The position numbers were made by a program, and so were the translations under genes. From the NCBI GenBank assembly GCA_963702845.1, contig OY969763.1:1760001-1824000 (forward strand): 64,000 nt of DNA, given 5' to 3'. The notes below the pieces were generated by a model. It saw only the letters and a list, made by a program, of their open reading frames with translations. It had not been told where the DNA came from and searched no databases. Shown piece by piece: positions 21,417-30,982 of the stretch (positions are counted from its first letter, which is position 1; the number at the start of each line of letters is the position of its first letter). The stretch comes from an uncultured Verrucomicrobiae bacterium (lineage in GTDB: Bacteria; Verrucomicrobiota; Verrucomicrobiia; Limisphaerales; Palsa-1400).

Positions 21417-22295
21417 TTATTTATGCAAATGGCGACCTTTGAAGGTCAGTTCGGCGATGCCGGATTTGTCCAACTCGCCCAAATCTTCGGCGGTCATCTT
21501 GTCGTATTGTTTCTTAGTCGCAGTCGCGAGGGGCAGGTTCAAGCCCTGTTCCTTCGCGAGTTTGAGTGCGATGCCGGAATCTTTGGCGGCGTGTGATGCC
21601 GAGAAAAAACAGCTATGGTCGCGGTTCTGCATGTCTTCACCGTCCGTTTGCAGGACGCGAGAGTTGGCGCCGGTTTGAGAAAACACTTCGCGGAGCATGG
21701 CGAGATCAAGACCGAGCGCGGCGCCGAGGCCGAGGCCTTCAGCGAGACCAGCAGTGTTGATGTTCATGACCATGTTGACCAGCGCTTTGACTTGGGCCGC
21801 TTTGCCGGAACCGCCGACGTAACGCATCGAGGCCGCGAGTTTTTCGAGCACGGGTTTGGCGCGATTGAAAGCTTCTTCTTTGCCGCCGAGCATCAAATAC
21901 AACGTGCCTTCGCGCGCCTGGGTGATGCTGGAAGCCATACAGGTTTCGAGCGATTGCGCGCCGATTTTTTCGGCCTTTTGTTCGACCCAAACGTGAGTCG
22001 CGGGACTGACCGTGGCGCAATTGATGAAGAGTTTTCCTTTAGCGCGGCTGAGCAGACCTTTGGTGAAAATGGTTTTCATCGCCTTGTCATCGGTGACGAC
22101 GGTGATGATCACGTCCGAAGCGCGGGTGACATCTTTGAGGTTTTCAAAAGATTGTGCGCCGAGTTCTTTGGCCAACTCCGCGGCTGCTTCAGGTTTCACG
22201 TCGTAAAGAGCGGTGACGTTGAAACCTTGTTCTTTGAGGCGGCGGGCCATGTTGGCACCCATTCGCCCAACTCCGACAAATCCGATTCGTTCCAT
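21417..22295 (-). CDS. NAD(P)-dependent beta-hydroxyacid dehydrogenase (3-hydroxyisobutyrate dehydrogenase family)
   Basis: IGFVGVGRMGANMARRL Rossmann motif; catalytic Lys in AAQVKALVN; AAKDSGIA. Confidence 0.88.
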   Translation of the reverse strand: MERIGFVGVGRMGANMARRLKEQGFNVTALYDVKPEAAAELAKELGAQSFENLKDVTRASDVIITVVTDDKAMKTIFTKGLLSRAKGKLFINCATVSPATHVWVEQKAEKIGAQSLETCMASSITQAREGTLYLMLGGKEEAFNRAKPVLEKLAASMRYVGGSGKAAQVKALVNMVMNINTAGLAEGLGLGAALGLDLAMLREVFSQTGANSRVLQTDGEDMQNRDHSCFFSASHAAKDSGIALKLAKEQGLNLPLATATKKQYDKMTAEDLGELDKSGIAELTFKGRHLHK

Positions 22296-22520
22296 AGCAA
22301 TTCTCCAGGTTAAAGGTTATTAAACAATGCGTGGCTGCGCGTCGGCAAAGTTACACGCTGAGCCGCAGCGATGAAAAGGTTTTTTGGGCCTATTCGGAGT
22401 GCGAAATGCGAGGCCGACGTTCGGCTCTGCCACCCGCAGATCGTCAGAACGCGAATTGAATCTCCGAGCATGTTCAATCGTTCCCATTCGCATTCCGACT
22501 TAGGCACCTTCACCCTTTCC

Positions 22521-23382
22521 CTACAACCTCGCCATCGCCGCTTCAATCTGCTTCAGCGTCTCCGGCGTCAGCCCTTGTTTCATTTGGGGTTCAACACTCG
22601 CCTTCTTCTCCGTCTGTACGTCATCATACTTCCGCACCAACAAATTCGCCCGCTTCCTCCTCGCCCGATCCTGCGCTTGATCACTCGCCACCCGCGCAAT
22701 TCGGAAAACCAACTCTGGCTTCGCTTCCACTAACTCCTTCAACGTCCCCCGATGCAAGTCCTGCAACGAACGCACAATCTGCATCCCAATCAACATCTCA
22801 TTAAACCGTTCAATTCCTTCTGCCTCATTCCGACAACTTCTCCACCGCCTTAACCACTCGGCCAACATCATTCCGAATCGCCGCCATCCGTTCCTGGTCG
22901 CGCAACCAATCCTGATGCCCGCCGCGTCGCCACGTCGACAAATCAAACTTCGTCACCCCATCAAACCCCTTCTTCTTCAGCGCCGCCGAAATCTCCACAT
23001 ATTTCATTCCATCCCGGATTTGTTCATTCAACCATTCCCGCGTCTCAAACGGCATCCGCGCAATCTTCCCCCACCGCTTCCTTCCCGGCAAAACCCCCGC
23101 CACCTCACCACAAACCGACTCCCTCGCCACGGCTGTAATCCGTGCTCCGCGTTTCTTCCATCGAACTTTACTTCCTCCCTCCACTGCAACCCGTGAACCC
23201 TCCGCCACCACCGTCACCGCCGCATCCCCAACCGCCACAGCCTCCGACGTAACCCCAACCGCGCCCGCCGCGGCATTCCCAGCCTCGACCGACGCTTCTT
23301 TACGCTCTAAAACCTGCCCCTCTTTCAAATCCGAAATTTCAAATTTGAAATTCTCTCCGTCATTGTTCTCGCTGGCATTCAT
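22521..23382 (-). CDS. Phage Mu gp27/DUF3486-like protein (copy 1), split by one frameshift near 22830
   Basis: N-term RKRWGKIARMPFETREWLNEQIRDGMKYVEISAALKKKG; C-term GLTPETLKQIEAAMARL; the joined halves align end-to-end with the 49767-50462 protein. Confidence 0.65.
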
Positions 23383-23394
23383 ATCAATCCAAAA

Positions 23395-23488
23395 ACAATA
23401 CAAATGAAGTGACTACCCTGTCAACACTGCCGCCAAACTATTTGTTATGCTACATCCTATTGACAGACCGCTACTTCCCGCCTAACAT
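23395..23488. promoter_or_regulatory. Back-to-back sigma70-like promoters
   Basis: Minus strand: TTGACA(23424-23419)-18 bp-TATTGT(23400-23395) just before ATG 23382. Plus strand: TTGACA(23460)-17 bp-TAACAT(23483). Confidence 0.55.
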
Positions 23489-23580
23489 CTCAACCATGGT
23501 CGCCGGCCAAGCCGGCCTCGAGCCCAAAACGGCCCGATTCGTTCTTTGAAATAGCAACAAATACCTCGGCAAAGGCGCAA

Positions 23581-23620
23581 CCAGTTGCCGCCAGTAGTGA
23601 CTTGTAGCAACTAGTAGCAA
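23581..23620. repeat. 10-bp-period direct repeat array upstream of DUF3486-like copy 1
   Basis: ccagttgccg / ccagtagtga / cttgtagcaa / ctagtagcaa. Confidence 0.6.
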
Positions 23621-23637
23621 CATTCCCGCGCATTTTC

Positions 23638-23750
23638 CGGAGTGCGGACGTCCTCGCCCGCAGCAACGCACGATTGCAACCTGCGCGCCAGGAGATCCGC
23701 AGCGTCGACGTTGCATCCTGCCTTGCTGCGCCCGAGACTGGCGCACTCCG
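23638..23750. repeat. REP-like imperfect palindrome (family B)
   Basis: CGGAGTGCGGACGTCCTCGCCCGCAGCAA ... TTGCTGCGCCCGAGACTGGCGCACTCCG. Confidence 0.65.
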
Positions 23751-23792
23751 AAGAAACTGGATTAGTGCCCATGAATCACACCCCGTTTTTGA

Positions 23793-24338
23793 TCAAAGCG
23801 CGGGCGATGTAGCGTTGGAGGATGCGATTTGGCGATCGTGTAATGCACGCCAGATGATGCAGGCGCAGGCGATTGCGATGCCAGTCCATGCGATGATGTT
23901 GAGCGCTGCGGCTATGCGCGTATCGTATTGCAGCAGACCCCAGCGCCGCAGAATGGTGTGCCAGTCGTGATCGCCACCACCGACGAGCGGCAGCGCCATG
24001 GTGCGCGCGTCAGCCATGTAACGGGCAATGTTGAGCCAGTTTTCGAAAAACCAAATGGCAGCCGCGGCGACCGCCAGGGGATTGCCTTTGCGCCAAAAGC
24101 TCACGGCTAAGACGCACGGAAAAACTAATTGGCCAATCGTGCCGCCATAAGGTTCGAGGCGCGAACTGAACAGACCGATAATTGGATGACCAGCTTCGTG
24201 GAAAAGCAGGTTGGCGTGGTCGAGCACGAAAATAAATCCGCGTTCCGACCGGAACAATAGAACGAGGAAAAGGGCTAGGCCGGCGGCGAAGCCGGCAAGT
24301 CCTTTGGTCGTTATACGATCCCATTCGCGTTCTTCCAT
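23793..24338 (-). CDS. Conserved membrane protein with HExxH motif (possible M50-like metallopeptidase)
   Basis: LLFHEAGH, GGTIGQL, YMADAR...HDW; several TM helices. Confidence 0.65.
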   Translation of the reverse strand: MEEREWDRITTKGLAGFAAGLALFLVLLFRSERGFIFVLDHANLLFHEAGHPIIGLFSSRLEPYGGTIGQLVFPCVLAVSFWRKGNPLAVAAAAIWFFENWLNIARYMADARTMALPLVGGGDHDWHTILRRWGLLQYDTRIAAALNIIAWTGIAIACACIIWRALHDRQIASSNATSPAL

Positions 24339-24469
24339 GAAGGCGAATTAAGCAGGATTTCAGCCAGAAAAGAACGGTTATTGATATGCTGCCGGACGTA
24401 ACAACTTCGCTGCACGCCCCAGCATTCATTGCCAGCTATCGTGCTCTTATTGCGCCAGTGCAAGGATAC

Positions 24470-24850
24470 CTATTTAGGCTTGGTATATACTCCGTTCGGT
24501 GTGCGGACGGCTGTTCCGTTGGGGGTTTCAACCGCGGTTCGGTTTTGCGTGCGATTAACCGATCCATTATCTGACGGCTCTGTATAAACGTTTCCGTTTC
24601 GAGTCTGGACAGCTGTTCCGTTTTGCGTTTGGACGGCTGTGCCTCCCCTTCGAGTGGTGACAGCTCCTCCGTTCTTGGTCTCGACAGCACCAGCTCCGTT
24701 ACGTGTCTCCACAGCGCCACCATTTTGTGTCTCGACGCCCCTGACACGACGCCCTTCATAAGTGTTGGGCTCAGCCTGAACCGTCAAGGCGGCGACGCTG
24801 AACAGTGTCAGGACTCCGCTCACGATTTTTAATTTGAATGTGGTTTTCAT
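24470..24850 (-). CDS. Small secreted protein made of ~8-aa beta-turn repeats
   Basis: Signal peptide then ETQNGGAV/ETRNGAGAV/ETKNGGAV/QTQNGTAV/ETPNGTAV; SD GGAGG upstream. Confidence 0.75.
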   Translation of the reverse strand: MKTTFKLKIVSGVLTLFSVAALTVQAEPNTYEGRRVRGVETQNGGAVETRNGAGAVETKNGGAVTTRRGGTAVQTQNGTAVQTRNGNVYTEPSDNGSVNRTQNRTAVETPNGTAVRTPNGVYTKPK

Positions 24851-24994
24851 TTAATCCTCCTCACTCAACCTAGGAGCGAAATAGTTTATCGGTAAGGGGA
24901 ATTGTTTAGCCAACAAGTCACCAAGGGGCTGGGTGTGGAAACTTCAAATTCCAAAACTTCAAACCGCCGTGCTCCGAGACCAGTCGCGAAATCT

Positions 24995-27040
24995 CTAGCG
25001 ATCGGGGGTGTGGAAGGGTTTGGATTGGTGGTAGAGGGTGATGCGTTGTTCAGCCATCATCGCCGCGTTGGTGTTGCCGGATTGCATATATAACTCACGC
25101 TCATGGTCAGCAGCGGCAATTGCGTCGGGGAAGCGTCCGGCTTCGGCGTAGGCCACGTCTAAGACGTTGAGGCATTGCGGGTCGTTATTACGAGTGATGT
25201 GGCAGGCGCGTTCGGCGAGGGAGACGGCTTCGGGGCCGTTGCGGATTTCGGGGCGCGGACAGGTGGCGAGGAGCCAGGCCATGTCTTTGAGCGCGGGCAG
25301 GAAATGTGGATCGTAGTGCAGGACGGTGCGGTATTGGTCGAGCGCTTCGGGCAAGTGGTCGGCGGCAACGAGGGCGTGCGCTAGTTCGTAACGGTATTCG
25401 GTGTGTGAAGGGCGGGCGTCGACGGCTTTGCGAATGAGGTCGATGCCTTCGTTTATTTTGCCGCTGCTGACAGCGAGTGTGCCCAACGTGCAAAGGGCCT
25501 GGGCGTCGTTGGGATTTATTTTCAAAACTTCGTGAAATTTCTCCTGTGCTTCGGCGGTGTGGCCTTGAGTCATGAGAACCCAACCGAGAGCGTTTAGGCC
25601 ACCGGGATCGCCGGGGTGCAAGCGGTCGGATTCGCGCAATAGTTGGAGCGCGAGGTCCGGGCGGTCGTGGCGAAACCAATACATACCGAGGTTTTGGTGG
25701 ACGTAGGCGTTGTGCGGGTCGATGTCGATGGCGTGCTGCGCGAGGGTGGCGCTGTTTTGCCAATAGCTGATTTGTTTGTGTGCGGCAACGGCGAGCGTTG
25801 CGCTGGCGGCGATTGCGGCTGCGCTCAGAAAGATGGCGCGCGCGGAGCGACGCGCGCTACCGGAGCTGAGTTTTTGGGCGAGTTCGCAAATGGTCCAGGT
25901 CACGGCGATGAAGAGGCCAATGGAGGGCAGGTAAGAGTAACGGTCGGCCATGCCTTGCCGGCCGACTTGCACGATACCGATGACGGGCAGCAACATTCCG
26001 ATAAACCAGAACCAGCCAGTGGCAGCCCACGGGAATTTGCGCCAGGCAGCGAGGACGAGGGCCGAGACGATGACGAGTAGCGCGATGGATGGGACGACGA
26101 GGTCCCATGGAATGGGTTTTGGGAAGACGTAGAAAAATGTGAGGTCAGCCGGCCAGAATAGTTTTTGGATGTAGCGGACGTAGGAAAGGAGTGCGTTGCC
26201 GAGGCGGTCGTGCAGAGGCAATCGTTCCAATGGCGCGACGCTACCGCCGGTTTTTTGAGCGATGTAAGTGACGACGCTCAAGGCGGCGGCGAGCGCGAAG
26301 AACGGAATTTTTTCGCGAACCAACCGAACGATCGTTTGTTTGTCGGCTTTAAATCGGCCAAGTGGCCATCCGTCCAACAGCAGCAGGACGAAGGGCAGGG
26401 TGACGAGCATGGGTTTGGAGAGGAGACCGAGCGCGTAGAGAATAATGCTGAGCCAGTAATATCGGCCGAATCTCGGCTTCGCCTGGTGAGTCGGTGAGGC
26501 TGAGTTTGTCCGTTCGACATAGCAGGCGTAGGACATCAAGGTGAGGACGAAGAACAAGGCGCTCAAAACATCTTTGCGTTCGGAAATCCACGCGACGGAT
26601 TCGATGTGCATCGGGTGCCAAAGAAACAATGCGGCGACAAATGTGCTTCGCCACATCGCGCCAGTTACGCGGTTTAAGAACAGGAACAGCAACGTTCCGG
26701 TGACAGTGTGAAGCAGTAGGTTGATGATATGATGGCCGCCGGCATCCAAACCGAACAGCTGGCAATCGATCATGTGCGAGATCCATGTGAGCGGATGCCA
26801 GTTGGCCGAGTGTTCGCGCGCAAAGGCCCAAACGATTCCGGGCCAGGTGACGCCCTGTTGCACGACATCGTTTTCGTAGACGTAAGCGGGATCGTCGAAG
26901 TTGATGAAGTCGAAATGCGCGACCTGATAATAGATGCCAAGGGTGATGGCGATGAGGATGGCGCAGATGATGAAACGCGTGCGTTGGTCGCGTAGTCTGC
27001 TTGCATCGATTTCGCCGTTACTCACGAGCTTATGATTCAC
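24995..27040 (-). CDS. TMTC-like GT-C membrane glycosyltransferase with C-terminal TPRs
   Basis: FINFDDPAYV, NWHPLTWISH, HPMHIESVAWISERKDVL, MADRYSYLP; TPR repeats. Confidence 0.85.
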   Translation of the reverse strand: MNHKLVSNGEIDASRLRDQRTRFIICAILIAITLGIYYQVAHFDFINFDDPAYVYENDVVQQGVTWPGIVWAFAREHSANWHPLTWISHMIDCQLFGLDAGGHHIINLLLHTVTGTLLFLFLNRVTGAMWRSTFVAALFLWHPMHIESVAWISERKDVLSALFFVLTLMSYACYVERTNSASPTHQAKPRFGRYYWLSIILYALGLLSKPMLVTLPFVLLLLDGWPLGRFKADKQTIVRLVREKIPFFALAAALSVVTYIAQKTGGSVAPLERLPLHDRLGNALLSYVRYIQKLFWPADLTFFYVFPKPIPWDLVVPSIALLVIVSALVLAAWRKFPWAATGWFWFIGMLLPVIGIVQVGRQGMADRYSYLPSIGLFIAVTWTICELAQKLSSGSARRSARAIFLSAAAIAASATLAVAAHKQISYWQNSATLAQHAIDIDPHNAYVHQNLGMYWFRHDRPDLALQLLRESDRLHPGDPGGLNALGWVLMTQGHTAEAQEKFHEVLKINPNDAQALCTLGTLAVSSGKINEGIDLIRKAVDARPSHTEYRYELAHALVAADHLPEALDQYRTVLHYDPHFLPALKDMAWLLATCPRPEIRNGPEAVSLAERACHITRNNDPQCLNVLDVAYAEAGRFPDAIAAADHERELYMQSGNTNAAMMAEQRITLYHQSKPFHTPDR

Positions 27041-27253
27041 GCTGTTGGCTGAAGGCGCACGAAATATTTAAGGTCCGTCTCCAGTGGTGGCCTATTCGAT
27101 AAAGAATTGGTGCTTGACACTTTTGCCGGGCTTTCGGAAGCTCGCGACATCCCATTAGAGCGGTTGTGCCCCCGCGGTTTTATCCGATGACGGATGGACT
27201 ATGCCCATCCTTAACTCGGCACTCCCAACGGTGCCGCAAACAGAAAGCTCATT

Positions 27254-28888
27254 ATGACCGCGTTTCGAAACCGAAAGTTCGGATCCTCGCTGGCGTTGGC
27301 AGTTGGCGCCGCAGTGTCCATCATCTCGCTCAACACATTTGCACGCCCGATTGGTATCGACGTGTCGTCGTACCAAGGCTCTCCCAATTGGGCGAGCATC
27401 AAGAGTTGCGGCTGGACGTTCGCGTGGGCGAAAGCAACTGAAGGCGCGACGATCAACGATGGCAGCTATCGCTACAACATCAACAATGCGAAAGCCAATG
27501 GCGTCTATGTTGGCGCGTATCATTTTGCGCATCCAAACCTGAACTCGCCCGGAACTGAATCAAGTCATTTTTGGAGTATCATCAGCGGGGATATCGCCAA
27601 GGATGGCAAGAGCTTGCAGCCGACTTTGGATTTTGAAGTGTTCAGCGGCGTCACAGGCGCGAGCAGTTATACGACGTGGGCTGATGCATTTAATAATGCG
27701 ATCGTCAGCAGTGCCAAGGCGAAGGGAGTAACGGTGAGTCCGGTTCTTTACACGAGTTCGTGCAGCGCCTGTAATTTTGGTAGCGGCATCGGTTCGTGGA
27801 TTCCGTGGATCGCCAACTACAACGGGCAAAGTTCGCAAACCGGCACTCCGTGGAGTGTGTGCAGCAGTTGCGATATCTGGAATAAATGGACGGCCTGGCA
27901 ATATAGCAGCAGCGGCTCTGTTTGCGGCATCAGTGGCGCGGTTGACGTGGATTCGTTCAACGGCACTTCGGCATCACTCGTGAACACGCTGGTGATTGAT
28001 GGCGATGGTGCGGCTTCGTTCGCACCGGCACCGGCGGCTGTATCGTGGGGTTCCGGACGTCTCGACGTCATTGTTCGCGGTGGTGGCGATGCCATTTATC
28101 ACAAATATTATGTCAGCGGCACAGGTTGGTTGCCGAATGGGGCGACTGGAAGCTTTGAAAGGCTTGGCGGCGTTTCGGAATATGGACCTGGCATAGCTTC
28201 GTGGGCGGCAAATCGCCTTGATGCCTTCTGCATCGCGACGGACGATTCTCTGCAACACAAGTATTGGGACGGTTCGAACTGGCTTCCTGATCCGCATTGG
28301 GAAGATATGGGTGGCACGGCCACCTCCAGCCCAGCAGCGGTTTCGTGGGGTAGTGGTCGCATCGACGTGGTTGTGCGCGGTGGATCGAACCATATCTATC
28401 ACAAGTATTACATCAGCGGCCAAGGATGGTTGCCGACCAACTTTGAAGATATCGGCGGCAACTCGACTTCCAGCCCGGCTATCTGCTCGTGGGGTGCGGG
28501 TAACCTGGATGTGTTCTATCGCGGCACGGACAACACCTTGAAACACCTCTATTATCGCAGCGGAGCGTGGAGTGGGCCGGAAGATCTGGGTGGCACGTTG
28601 ACTTCTGGTCCGTGCGCCGTTTCCCCGAGCTCTGGTCGCATTGACGTCTTTGTGCGCGGTGGTTTGAATCACATTTATCACAAATATTACATCACCGGCC
28701 AAGGTTGGTTGCCGAGTGGTTCGTTCAACGACATCGGCGGCGACGCGACTTCGCCACCGGGAGCTTGTTCGATGGGTGGGGATAGTTTCGACGTGTTCTA
28801 TCGCGGCACAGACAACAACTTGAAGCATCTGTATTGGCGCGGCAGCAGCTGGCTCGGTCCTGAAGACCTCGGCGGTACGTTGCAGTAA
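27254..28888 (+). CDS. Secreted GH25 muramidase fused to a 6-blade lectin-like beta-propeller (DUF346/fucose-lectin-like repeats)
   Basis: Signal peptide; GIDVSSYQG, KATEG, GAYHFA, LDFE (DxE), WQYSS, VDVD; six repeats of PAxxSWGxGRxDVxxRG...HKYY...W...EDxGG. Confidence 0.88.
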   Translation: MTAFRNRKFGSSLALAVGAAVSIISLNTFARPIGIDVSSYQGSPNWASIKSCGWTFAWAKATEGATINDGSYRYNINNAKANGVYVGAYHFAHPNLNSPGTESSHFWSIISGDIAKDGKSLQPTLDFEVFSGVTGASSYTTWADAFNNAIVSSAKAKGVTVSPVLYTSSCSACNFGSGIGSWIPWIANYNGQSSQTGTPWSVCSSCDIWNKWTAWQYSSSGSVCGISGAVDVDSFNGTSASLVNTLVIDGDGAASFAPAPAAVSWGSGRLDVIVRGGGDAIYHKYYVSGTGWLPNGATGSFERLGGVSEYGPGIASWAANRLDAFCIATDDSLQHKYWDGSNWLPDPHWEDMGGTATSSPAAVSWGSGRIDVVVRGGSNHIYHKYYISGQGWLPTNFEDIGGNSTSSPAICSWGAGNLDVFYRGTDNTLKHLYYRSGAWSGPEDLGGTLTSGPCAVSPSSGRIDVFVRGGLNHIYHKYYITGQGWLPSGSFNDIGGDATSPPGACSMGGDSFDVFYRGTDNNLKHLYWRGSSWLGPEDLGGTLQ

Positions 28889-28985
28889 AATCGTCATGTT
28901 GCCCTTTCCTCGAAAGGGGAGAGGGCATCGTTCATCACTCTCCGAAACATAGCGCTTATCCAAGGCGCATCACAAAAAACAAACC

Positions 28986-30605
28986 ATGAAAAAGTTAATT
29001 ATCCGATCAGGTTGGCGTCATGCCATTACGGCGAGCGCCATGATGTTTGCCATCGAAACCATTCACGCCAGACCTTTGGGGCTGGACGTCTCGTCGTTTC
29101 AGGGCTCACCCAGTTGGAGTAGCATCGCCGGTGCGCGCGACTTTGCTTTCATCAAAGCAACGGAGGGCGCGACCATCAATGATGGCAGCTATAGCTACAA
29201 CATCAGCCATGCAAAATCCGCCGGCGTTTTGGTCGGCCCGTATCACTTCGCGCATCCGAACTTGAACAGCCCCGGCACTGAATCCGGTCATTTCTGGAGC
29301 ATCATCGGCGGCAACATCCTTGGCGATGGCAAGACTCTCCAGCCGGTGCTTGATTTTGAAGTGTTCAGCGGTGTGACTGGCGCCAGCAGTTACACCGGTT
29401 GGGCAAATGCGTTCAATGACGACATCAAAAGTAAAGGAAGCGCAAAAAGCCTGATCCTGAAGCCGATGCTTTACACCAGCGCGTGTAGCGCATGTAACTT
29501 CAGCTCGAGCATTGATCAATGGATTCCGTGGATCGCCAATTACAACGGCCAAAGCTCGCAGACTGGCACGCCTTGGAGCGCGTGCAGCAGTTGCGATCAA
29601 TGGTCCGATTGGACGGTGTGGCAATACAGCGACAGCGGCTCGGTTCCGGGCGTGAGCGGCGGTTGTGACGTGGACGTGTATCACGGTAGCAGCGTCGCTG
29701 GACTCACGGATGAACTTGTCATCGATGGCAATGGCACGAGTTCATACGCGCCGGCTCCCGCGGCAGTGTCGTGGGGCGTCGGTCGTATCGATGTTGTCGC
29801 TCGCGGTGGTGGCGATGCTATCTATCACAAGTATTACATCAGCGGCCAGGGATGGTTGCCGGCGGATCACTTCGAAGACATCGGAGGTATTGCCAACAAC
29901 GGACCGGGCATCGCGTCGTGGGGTGTCAACCGTCTGGATGTTTTCTGTCCTGATACGAGCGATTCGCTCCGCCATAAATACTTCAACGGAACTGATTGGT
30001 TGCCGACGCCACACTGGGAAGACATAGGAGGCACGCTGACCTCAGCGCCCGCCGCGGTTTCGTGGGGGCCCAATCGCATCGATATCATTGTTAAAGGCGG
30101 TCAAAACAATCTGTATCACAAATGGTGGGATGGCAGCTCATGGCAGCCTAGCACTGGTTTCGAAAACATCGGTGGCACGGGGGTAAATCAACCGGGCATT
30201 TGCTCATGGGGAACGAACCGGCTGGATGTTTTTTATCGAGGCTCCGACAACGCATTGCATCATTTCTGGTATATCAGCGGTGTCTGGAATGGTCCTGAAA
30301 ATCTCGGTGGAACTTTGACCGGAGGTGTCTCTGCCGTGTCGTGGGGTAGTGGCCGTATCGACGTCGTCGTTCGTGGCGGACAAAATCACATCTACCACAA
30401 ATATTATATTAGCGGACAAGGCTGGCTGCCGAGCGGCGGCTTCGAAGATCTCGGCGGCAGCGCCACATCTGCGCCGGGGATTTGTTCGTGGGGTTCAGGC
30501 CGTCTGGATGTGTTCTGCCGCGGCACCGACAACGCACTTTGGCATAACTGGTACGACAGTGGCACATGGAATAGCTGGCAGAGCCTCGGTGGCACGTTGG
30601 AATAA
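28986..30605 (+). CDS. Secreted GH25 muramidase fused to a 6-blade lectin-like propeller (paralog 2)
   Basis: Same GH25 motifs (GLDVSSFQG, KATEG, LDFE, CDVD) and six propeller repeats. Confidence 0.88.
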   Translation: MKKLIIRSGWRHAITASAMMFAIETIHARPLGLDVSSFQGSPSWSSIAGARDFAFIKATEGATINDGSYSYNISHAKSAGVLVGPYHFAHPNLNSPGTESGHFWSIIGGNILGDGKTLQPVLDFEVFSGVTGASSYTGWANAFNDDIKSKGSAKSLILKPMLYTSACSACNFSSSIDQWIPWIANYNGQSSQTGTPWSACSSCDQWSDWTVWQYSDSGSVPGVSGGCDVDVYHGSSVAGLTDELVIDGNGTSSYAPAPAAVSWGVGRIDVVARGGGDAIYHKYYISGQGWLPADHFEDIGGIANNGPGIASWGVNRLDVFCPDTSDSLRHKYFNGTDWLPTPHWEDIGGTLTSAPAAVSWGPNRIDIIVKGGQNNLYHKWWDGSSWQPSTGFENIGGTGVNQPGICSWGTNRLDVFYRGSDNALHHFWYISGVWNGPENLGGTLTGGVSAVSWGSGRIDVVVRGGQNHIYHKYYISGQGWLPSGGFEDLGGSATSAPGICSWGSGRLDVFCRGTDNALWHNWYDSGTWNSWQSLGGTLE

Positions 30606-30629
30606 TCTAATTTGTTCCTAGCCACCTCG

Positions 30630-30669
30630 CGCCCGCGCAGTTCAACACCCTGCGCGGGCGTTTTTGTTT
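30630..30669 (+). terminator. Rho-independent terminator
   Basis: CGCCCGCGCAG-loop-CTGCGCGGGCG followed by TTTTTGTTT. Confidence 0.85.
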
Positions 30670-30982
30670 CGAAACTGCGCGTTTGAAATTTCTTCGTAAT
30701 AGCGGGGCAAATACAGTCTGCGTTTTCGTTCGAAATCGAAATTATGCTGTTGACAGCTTTTTCTGATTAGGTAAGTCTCGGCTCGTTCCCAATTAAGGCG
30801 GTGACCCGCCAGCAATTCAATCGAGTTGGTATCTGCCTACCTCAGATTGACGCAGAACATATGAACGCGTTTAACCGATTGCACAGGACCACTGACGAAC
30901 AGGTGTAGCGGAACATCATTTCCCCGAAACAATGCTCATCAACCGCACTTCAAACGAAACGCAAAAAACGAAAGAAACGCAA

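Noticed and set aside
23400..24990. Replication origin at the apparent skew switch
   Set aside because: No DnaA-box cluster or extended AT-rich unwinding element seen, no dnaA/dnaN nearby, and skew elsewhere is inconsistent
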